Shown here in pieces: positions 54,032-64,000 of a stretch of 64,000 nt of DNA. The notes below the pieces were generated by a model. That model was not told the DNA's origin. It did no database searches and saw only the letters and a list, made by a program, of their open reading frames with translations. Position numbers and translations under genes: made by a program. The DNA comes from Chrysomallon squamiferum. Its lineage: Eukaryota > Animalia > Mollusca. Where the stretch lies: the NCBI GenBank assembly GCA_012295275.1, contig CM022666.1, positions 9,610,001 to 9,674,000 of the forward strand, given 5' to 3'. Positions within the stretch are counted from its first letter, which is position 1. Each line of letters starts with the position of its first letter.

Positions 54032-57000
54032 CTATATGAGAAATGGAGAAACATTTTTAAAAAGTTCTTCTTTTACTTTTTATTTTGTTCTTTTCAAACA
54101 TTTACTTATGTACATTTTTTCTTTCATCTATTTATTTTAATTTTCAATAAATTTAATAAAACATTTGTTACGTTTCCACACTTAATCAATATATTATTAT
54201 TATTAGTTTGTTTTGGACATTTTTAATTGTAAATTTTCTTTTTCTTTATATTATAATCATTTATTATTATTATTTATTTAAAAAACTGTTTTTGTATTTT
54301 TTATCAAAAGAATAAAAAATGTTATTTAAAAGTAAAATGTTTCACTTTTTTCTTTTTGAACTAAAGAGTATATAATATTTTTGTCATAAAATTTATTTTT
54401 GTTGCTATATTGTATTAAAATTGAATTGAAGAAGATACTGACTTGCATTCAAAATGGTAAATAAAACAAAAACAACATAACAGAAGTAAACAATAATTCA
54501 ACACTCCCCCAGTACACAACAAAAATAAAGGAATACCAAATAAAAACAGAAAAGTGTCACAGAATTTTACTATAATTATATTTATTACTTTATTTTTTTA
54601 TTTGTCAACTTTTTATTTGTATGTTTTGAATCAGATTGTTGTTGTTTTAAATTTAACTGAGATTTAAAACAAATTAAATACAAAACTAAAGGACATATTG
54701 ATGCACAAGTGTCTAAAAATGAATAAATTAATAAGAAATATGATTAATTTGTTTTTAGTAAATAATTGTTATGCACAGAGGGTAGGGGTGTTGTTAGAAC
54801 AAAATCAAACAAAGTAACTGAAAACGTCACCAAACTACCTGCATGCAGTTACAGAAACATTAACAATATATAATAAGAATAATTTACACAATCCCAAATG
54901 AAGAGGTAAAAAGATTCACAAGAAGGTGTTAACATGCATACATGCAGAAAAGATTAACAAACATGAATAAAAAATAAAAATAAAAAAATTTAATAAAGAA
55001 GAACCCTGTTTTTAAAAATAATATTTTCTCATTTTATTACTGCCTGTCAGAATTATTTTATCTATTTAAGTTTTAATTATAAGTTTTTATTTATTTGTTC
55101 TCCATTCCTCAGACAGGGAAAAAAATAATATTAACATAACAAAAATAACAGCAATGCCATGAATAAATAAATTAATTAAAATAACAATAAAATTTTTAAA
55201 AACAAATTTTAAAAATAAAAAATGGAAGTTTAAAAAAAAGCACTGAACAAAAAACAACAGTCCAATACCAGAATGTTATGTTCAAAAAGTCTAAAAAGCC
55301 CGAGGCGTGATCTACGTTTACTGAGCCATCTGTGAATAGCTGTCTGCATCTGCAACACCTCATCATCTTCTATGAGCATCTGAACAACACTGTCACTCCA
55401 TTGCTGTGATAAATTACACAACTCTGTTGTAAGCACTTTACATTAACCATAATATTACACTACAGTAACCAGGTATTACATTATCCTATAGTAAACATGT
55501 ATTTCATTACAGTAACAGCTATTACAGGAATCATACAGTATCCAACTATTACATTACATAACCATATATTACATTAAACTACAGTAACCTGGTATTACAC
55601 TGCCCTACAGCAAGAATGTATTACATTATAGTTACCATGTATTACATAATAATTACCATGTATTACATTGCACTACAGTAACTATTTGTTAGATTACAGT
55701 AACAAGATATTATATTACAAAAAGTAATGTTAAACAAGACAACAGCAAACATATATCATATTACCATAACCTTGATACAGTATAGTAATCACTAATTACA
55801 TTATAGAAACCAGGTATTAATTATAAATTCTAGTAACAATGTCACATAATACAACAGCAAACATGTATTACATTATATGACAATAGCAAACACATTACAT
55901 TGTACAACATGTAGTAACAATTTGATACATAACACTCTGACCACTAGGTATTACAGTATGTGACAATGTAGGAATTATGTTACAATTATCTATTTTAAAT
56001 TACATTATACTTGGATTTCTTCTCTAGGGTTTTATTAAACATTTATTGTAAAACAATTAATGTAAACATTTAAAATTTTTAACATTAACCTCAGACTTTA
56101 CTTTACAGTAAATAGATGTTAAAATTCTTAACATTTTAGTAACAGAAACCAAACCAATCAAGTATTAAATGATTCTACTGTAACCATGATATTACTGTTC
56201 ACAAATAATCAACTGTGATACATTTTAGCACACTATACTTTGTTAAGCTTTCATGCCAGCATAATAAAAATGAAAATTATTTCTGTATGCTATAATATTA
56301 CACACTGTATATTGTACATTATGCTTCAGCAGACAGATAGAGCAGAAATATAATGTAAAATAAACTACAATAAACCAAAAAAATGATTGAGAATGTATTA
56401 TTTTAATTAATAAAGTAACCACCATTTATTTATTAAATTCTGTTGTTTTGTTTGATGCTTTTTTTCATTTGGGGGGGCCGGTCTTCAGATTTTTCTTTTC
56501 TTTATTTTCTTCAAGGTTATGTTTTGTTTTTACATTTTGCATTTTATTTTGGACATTGACTTTCTTTTTCTTTTTTCTTTATTTATTTTTTTTTGTTGTT
56601 GTTTTTAATTATCCTTTTTTAAAGGCTATCATTTTGTTTTTTAATAAATTAAAACAGAAAAATAAATTAAATAAAAACAAAACACTTTAAGCCATCTGTG
56701 TTTATTTATTATGTCGAATTTGTGCTTTATACATTTATAATTCCATACAAGATACATCAGCCAATTAATGTTTAATAAATCACTGTACAGAGAAAGTTAA
56801 CAAATATGCATATAAATATCATAAAAGGAAGAAATTAAGTGAATATGAGGTGTAGCAAAGTATGTCTAACCAAATGAAAATTGTATCCCTGTCAAATATG
56901 TATATGTAGATTAATCATTAATGTTACCTTATTTTCAATGTCACTTTTAATCATTTATTTATATCTATTTTTATATATTCTATTTCATTTTATTTTTATT

Positions 57001-58094
57001 ATATCATTTTATTTTCATTTATTTATTTTTTTTTTTTTTTGGTTTTTGGAATGTTTGATATTTTTAAATTTTATTTATCTAAATTTATTTTTACCTACTT
57101 TCGAACATATTCAAAGCAAAGGATGGCAGTGTATAAGTATAGTTAAACATTAACTCTCAGAATTACCTATGCCCCATCCCCAAATACATGTAGCTTAAAC
57201 CAAAGTGTATGAAACAAAACCTAGATTATTAATACTGACAAAGTGACAAATTTCTGAACATTTTCCCTGTCACACTCACTACATTAGATAAATTTTGATA
57301 TTTTTATTAATGAAATTATCTAAATATCAAACTGATTAATAAACAATCATTAATAGTTCTGGGAGTAAAAAATGAATATATTACATATATACATATATAT
57401 ATATATATATATAAAATATAACCCCACAAAAAAAAAAAAAAAAAAAAAAAGAAAGGATATTCCAACAAAACCATTCAACTGTGCTTGTGCTTGAAATGAA
57501 ATCAAACCAAAAGTTGAAACTTGAAAATTATATTCTATCACACCCTACATATCAAATAACTTAATTCTTGATACACTACTGCTCAGCTACCTTTAAGTTG
57601 TACCAATCTGAATGATCTAAATTTACATTTTCAATCTTTAATTTATTTGTTTTTTAGCAACCACTACATTTTCTATTCTTTTTTTTTCAAATCAAAAAGC
57701 AAAAAGGAAGAACAATTCTTAATGACCATAAAATTTTTTTTTAAAGTTTATTACTTTAATAATAACAGGAAGATGAATAAAAATTAAGCAGATGTGAAAG
57801 CCAACAGTAACAACCAAAAAAAAAAGATAAGACCAGAAGAAAATGTTAAACAACTATACAGGTGATAAATGCAATACTAGAATTTAGCCACTATATACAG
57901 TGTCAACAAAACATAACAAATATAAATAATAATGGAACGTTATGCCATGGATGTGGCATTTATAAAATAATAATAAAAAGTTTTGGTCACACATTTAATT
58001 CACAATAATGCCAATAATTGTCTGTAATTGTTTTGTTTTTTTACTAATCCTAAAAATGGAGATCATGTGACATTCAAGTGACCATGCAGCACTC

Positions 58095-58139
58095 TCAGCC
58101 TAATCCGTGATCCTCAAAGAATCCCTGGGGGGTTTCCTC
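58095..58139 (-). CDS. Candidate alternative last exon B: EETPQGFFEDHGLG*
   Basis: Very strong acceptor ttacttatctcttctctacag|, then 14 codons and TGA. Confidence 0.55.
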   Translation of the reverse strand, partial: EETPQGFFEDHGLG

Positions 58140-59254
58140 CTGTAGAGAAGAGATAAGTAACCATGGCAATGATATACATTTTCTTTTTTGAAAAAATTAA
58201 AAATTTAAAAAAAACCTGAGGAATGGAGATTTAAAAAAAAAAAATATATATATATATACACACACATTATAAAAATTATTTAAAATAAATAAAAATAAAA
58301 TAAGTATGTATAAGAAAGAACTTTTTTTTTTTTTAAATGTATATATATATATATATATTAAAATTACTAGTTAACTATTATCCATTGACTTAGTAATCTT
58401 ATTTGCCAATACTTATTCATTTTTAATGCAATGACCCACACATTATCAGAATACTTTTTAATTCTGAAAAGAAATCTAGATGAGAGAATACAGTAGATTT
58501 AGAATTCTTTAGAAAGTTCACTGAAATATACAGTACATATACTGTGAATACAGTACACAAATATGTTATTTCTGGACACAAAATGGCACAGAATACATTA
58601 TGTCCTGGATATGGTGTATGGTACATTCAACATACCAGAGAACATGCATGGGATATATTGTTATTCAGTGTACCATACAGTATACTCTAGACATACTTTC
58701 TAGGTATAGTTGATACTGAAAAACCAAAATAAAATGTTTTTCTTGGAAAAAGTAAATATTCTTAAGTACGACTACAACAACTTTTCCCTTTAATGACCTT
58801 CACCAATTGTCATAAATCCCTCAACTGTTAATTTTAATTCTAAACAAGCAGATACGTCTTATCATGAAGCTTTTACTTCAGTTTCATTTTTTTTGTATTG
58901 TAGGTTTTTAGATCATGAACTTATGTCAACTGCTTAGCATTTGAATTACCTTTAATAATTATCTAGCACTGACAAGCACAAATACCACTAAATATAAATT
59001 ATATAAAAGTTTTGTTAAAAATTATTTGCTTTTTATTATAACAGATTTTATAATATCTTTAATATGTGCATAGAAAAATAACATTAAAAAAATAATAATA
59101 ATAAAAAAGACAGACAGAAGAGTGCAAGCTAATGAATAACTGAAGAATATTGAACAACATCACTATGGACAAAGTATATTAACAAACAAACAAGTAAAAA
59201 AAATAAGGGTTAAAGTAGACGAAGAGGAATGCGACTCTAACCTGCGGGGTGACA

Positions 59255-59299
59255 TTATGTTAATCCATACTCCTTTAGAGCTGTTTCTATTGCCTCGTC
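59255..59299 (-). CDS. Candidate alternative last exon A: DEAIETALKEYGLT*
   Basis: Acceptor tacttggttttttaag| (less common AAG), then 14 codons and TAA. Same length and Gly-Leu position as exon B. Confidence 0.45.
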   Translation of the reverse strand, partial: DEAIETALKEYGLT

Positions 59300-59664
59300 C
59301 TTAAAAAACCAAGTAATGTTTCACATAAAGAGAAACACTGCATTTGTTTTTTTCATCCATCAATTAAAAATTACTTGTAAAATAATATTAAATTTCTTAT
59401 ATGACATTTATATGAATATTTATATTAGGACATGGTCAGACTATTGAATTTCTAAATCTTTACTGCACATCTTGAAAATTCAAAAATAAGGAAATGGGTT
59501 AATCACTAAGATTTTTTTTGATTTTTTTTTAAATTACCATTCAATATACAAGTAACAATATTACATTACAATGAACAGAGGAAAACTGGTACTGAAAGCT
59601 TTTGCGGCTTTTTTGTGTACATTACAATAAACAAAACGATGTGGTAGTTTCTGCTTTTTTGTTG

Positions 59665-59698
<34 letters not shown>

Positions 59699-62430
59699 GT
59701 TTCATTTAGGCTTTATTCACATTACAACAGGTAAACTGCAATGTAGTTATTTTTTCCTGTTCTTTCATAGTTTATCTAAACAAAACTCTTATAAAATCTT
59801 AGCTCTAGTGGAATTTCACAATAAAAAAAAAGAAGAGGATTATGCTAGGAAAAATGAAAGAAGAAAAAATGAAGGAGAAACAAATATCAGTTGGACTAAG
59901 TAAATACAACACATCACCGTTTACATACAGATTAAAAAAATTAAAAAAAAAAATTGTAAATTTAGACACAGTTAATATTTAAATAAATAAAACTATCCTA
60001 AAATAATTTTCATCTCTTTCATACTTAATGAAATATTTTGGACAGTCTGCTCATTAGAGTTCTGGCAATTTACTGGATCTGGCAATTTACGTTTTGTAAA
60101 ATTGTTAGCTTTTCTTTATGACCAAGAATATTAAAGGATGATACCAATCATTTATATAATGTTTTTCTCCGCTACTCTAAAAAAACTAAACATGAATTAA
60201 CAACAGTTCAGTTAAATATTCCTATATGGTTACATGCTGTCACAGTGAATAAAGTAGTGCATTTTCAACAAAATAATGGAGAATTAATCACAATTTAAAT
60301 TGTAGCATAAAAACTATTCTGTACAAATTTAGTCAAATTGAAGATGAATAGATCAGTTCACTGTATTCAAAAATCAGTGTTTTCAAATATTATGCTGATT
60401 TACACCTTAACTGTGAGATCGTAAAATTATATCTTCATAATGTAACAAATCAAAATTAAATAAAATTATATCTTTACAATATATCTACCAAAATTATAAA
60501 ATTACATCTTTGTAATGCATGCTATCAAAATTATATCTTTATAACAAATTATCAAAACTGTATAAAATTACATCATCACAAATGATAAAGTACAGAAAAT
60601 TATAGCTATATAACATAGCCTATCAAAGACATTGCCAGCAGATGTTTGAATGTTACAATTCTTTATTTCTTTAACTTCAGTTTCTGAAAATGGATTTACT
60701 TTTAGTCATGATATAAATGAAACCATGACACCAAAAAAGGTCATCACAATGTTTTACAGGATTTTTATCCTTTAAAGAACATCGGACTTTTAAAAATGTA
60801 TGATATTTTTTATGCTACTGGCAATAAGAAACATTCAGCCGTAACATAAAAATAGAAGAATTCATATTTTAACTTCCAGTAGAAGTATGAAACATTATGG
60901 TGGATGAAATTTAAACAAAATCACTAATATTCAGCAACAATTACTGAAAATATAATTAGTCTGGAGAAAAAAGATATTCTAATGCTAGTCAGTGGAATTA
61001 AATTTTTCTGTTCATCCTTCCTGCACTAGTCAAATATCTAATATAGAATTAAACATATAAATAATTATATAAAATCAACCTACAATGAAAACGATATATT
61101 AATAATAATAATATGACAAAAGAAATGGTTATAATTTATATAGCTGCAATGAAAATACATTTAACAAGATCCTTTCATAACCAGTTGTATACATATTTCA
61201 TTTTATGCATGTTTGATCTAACCATGGTCAATAGCTTATCGAACTAGTAAAAGCAATGTTAACCTGTTAAATCTAATAAAAAAAAGAACAAAAAAAAAGG
61301 ATTAAAAACAAATTATAAAAATAAAATTAAATTAAAAAATTAAAGATGTTTTAGAAATAATGTTGATTCATTTGTGTCTGTTTTGGAGGGAATTTTTTAA
61401 AGGCAAGATATATGGCATTTGTTAAAAGCTATCTTTTAAAAAAGGAATATGAAATCAAGGGTAAGTAAATATACTTATCAAGTTGGTGTTGTTCAAAAAG
61501 GTATTATTAAATTAACTGGTCAAACAAGCTATTATGGCTATGGAGTCTGCTTTAATGATATATTATCCTGAACAAACATGTACTAAACAAAAATGATCAG
61601 TTTCAGTTATTAATTTAACACAAAATTTCTATTAACATTATACTCAAAAGTTTAAAATATGATTCATAATGAACTCAGTGAGATCTTTCAGTACAAACTT
61701 GATCATCTTTTGAGTATAAAATGAGATTTTAAATTATTTTTATATGCATGAGACTACAATACAAAAGCTTCATGCGATTAAAAGCTGCCATGCTAATTTT
61801 CTTTTAATATTTCAATTCATGCTAAAAATATTTGTCTTCTGCTTTAATCCTTGAAAGCTTTACATCAAAGTAACTGAATTTCAAATTACAGATTACTGAT
61901 TATACATGTGTGAGTGTTTTAAAAGCTTAGTGGATCACATGGCTCCATTTTGAGTTTTGAATCTAATTTTGATCATCAAATATTTCTATGTACAGATGAA
62001 TAAACTAACAGATAAAAATGTAGAGTACATATGTACACAAGCATGATTATGAAACCATGTTAACCAGATAATTCTGTTTGTACACTAAAACAAATATGAA
62101 AGAAAATAAATGTAAAAATGAATATATATTCATTTGTAAGAGAAAACATGACATTTGTACATTAAACAAGGTTAAAAAATAAATAAATAAATAAATCTCA
62201 TTTAGACAAATGCATACAGTATTCTGTCATTCCTGTTCAATTATTCTGTTAGAAAGAAAAAATATGTTTTTGCAACCATGTAAATATTTTTTTTTAATTT
62301 CCTTTCTTTTTTCCTTTTCTAAGTTTCATCGTTCAGTCTGTCTTGTTTCACAGGGCAATGAAATATTTAATTTGTCTAATAATAATGAGACTTCACGTCC
62401 AATGTCAAAAAACAATTTCATTGTTTTAAA

Positions 62431-64000
62431 GGGTCATTCCATGTCAAATCACTCAATGGTGATTTTTATGAAACTTGGTATACTTGTTGACTGGGATCCC
62501 ACAGCACCAAATCTGAAATTTTAGGACCAGTGGTGTGGGAGATATGGCCCCCAAATTTTGAGATATTTTACAATGTGCATTTTCTACATGTATATACTTC
62601 TCTGAGTCCAGAAACTCGTCTTTGGAGTCAAAATCCACCTGTCATGTCTGAAAGAATGCTTGAAGGATATGAAAAGATACCAAATGATATGAGATGTTCT
62701 ACACAATCAGGCCCAAACGGATGACAGGAAGTGTGGTTTCAGGCATGTCAGGAACTCCTTGAAATCCTCTGGTGAAAACCCCATTGAGCACATGGCAATT
62801 AGAAGTTTCTACTACTAATTCTTCTACTACTCTGTCTATTCCCACTACCTTTTCTTCTACTGACAAAATGATCAGTGATGCTATAATGTTTGGTACTAGT
62901 AGTTACTTCTAGTACTGCTATTATGACCTGCACCTCCACTACTAGTACTACTAGTACTACTACCACCACCACCACAGGTATTACTTCCACCACCACCACC
63001 AGTACATCTACCATTACTACTGTTACTAGTGGTGCTATTACTATTTTCATTATTAGAACAACTACTACTGTCAACATCATCACTACTTTTATTATTGCAA
63101 ATAATGTTACCTATACTATTACTAGCACCACCATTATATCAACAACTACTACAATAGCTATTTCTTATTTTGCTACTTCTGACACTACTTCTTCTACTAC
63201 TAGCACCTATAATTAATCTTACCATTTCTTCTAATTATATTAACACTCCCTCTACATTATTATTATATCTTCTACTACATCTATGAGACTACTTCCATGA
63301 TTTATACTACTACTTGTAGCATTAATATTGCTTTAATTATCATTGTTATTGTTATCATCATCATTATTATTATTATTACTGGCAGTAGTAATAATACTAC
63401 TAGTACTGCTAGTAGACTACAAATACTTCTATGGGTATTAAAACACTGATACTTCTACAACTACAACTTTTACTATTATTACTTCAACTACTATTACATC
63501 TAATATAAGAATAGTGGTACATTTACTAGTACTATGACCACTATATTTTAAAGTAATACAGTGATTATGCCTGAGATAAAACTAGTCTCAAGATCAATTC
63601 AATTCACTGCGCTATTTCGTGACACTGTCAGCTGTGCTGGACTGTGAAAAATAAGAACAAATCTGTTAATCTGTGCCATCATGAAGAGGACTTTGGGTTC
63701 GAAGGTGAATGGTTTCTTTTTGCAACAAGCTATGGCCTAAGTTCATGTGATGGAACTGGGGGGGGGGATGGTGAAGAGGTTGCTGACAAAGGCCAGTTTG
63801 CAACATCCCTACACAGACCCATTTCTGACCAGTGAGGCTATCATGGACATCTGCATCAAAAGTATTCCAGGTATTCACTTTTTCAACATCACACCAGAAC
63901 ACATAGCAAAGCATGAGTTGGAACTACAAGGGAGGTTTCAAGTGGCAAAAATGGTCAAAGGAACACAGCAATTTCACTGGTTAGTTCCATTATCTAAATC
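62431..64000 (+). mobile_element. Decayed Sola2-like DNA transposon (probable left end at 62431; transposase core ~63600-64000, running off the window)
   Basis: KNKNKSVNLCHHEEDFGFEGEWFLFATSYGLSSCDGTGG, then after a poly-G frameshift VKRLLTKASLQHPY...GRFQVAKMVKGTQQFH. Matches the FATSHGK..CDG.GG transposase motif. Putative terminus GGGTCATTCCATGTCAAATCA fits 5'-GRG. Superfamily label is from recall. Confidence 0.65.
62800..63545. repeat. Degenerate (ACT/ACC/ATT)n low-complexity tract
   Basis: Trinucleotide composition; explains the Thr-rich and Val-rich ORFs. Confidence 0.9.

Larger units (their letters stand above)
40779..56184 (+). repeat. Copy 2 of the large duplication (partner 1-23301)
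   Basis: Collinear match including the mariner insertion and the unique AT-rich tail. Confidence 0.95.

Noticed and set aside
62799-63216. Thr-rich mucin-like ORF and Val-rich antisense ORF
   Set aside because: Product of a degenerate (ACT)n tract, with no ATG context or splice support.

Overview
AT-rich animal (probably invertebrate) genomic DNA with a 200-N scaffold gap at 23302-23501. Everything left of the gap (1-23301) is a near-identical second copy of 40779-56184, most likely an uncollapsed haplotype. Recognisable genes: the last three exons of ZRSR2/URP (+, 23502-24761), and the 3' end of an unidentified minus-strand gene that appears to carry three related short alternative last exons (59255-59299, 58095-58139, 53975-54031). 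The window is dominated by a complex modular repeat: a near-constant core is joined by four recurring linker cassettes in shuffled order, giving three arrays with different higher-order units. DNA-transposon relics include a DD41D (rosa/Visitor) Tc1/mariner with TIRs, TA target duplication and a paralogous empty site, two hAT fragments, a MADF fragment and a Sola2-like element. Most ORF-track entries are chance frames in repeats. All calls come from reading the sequence by eye; no searches were run.
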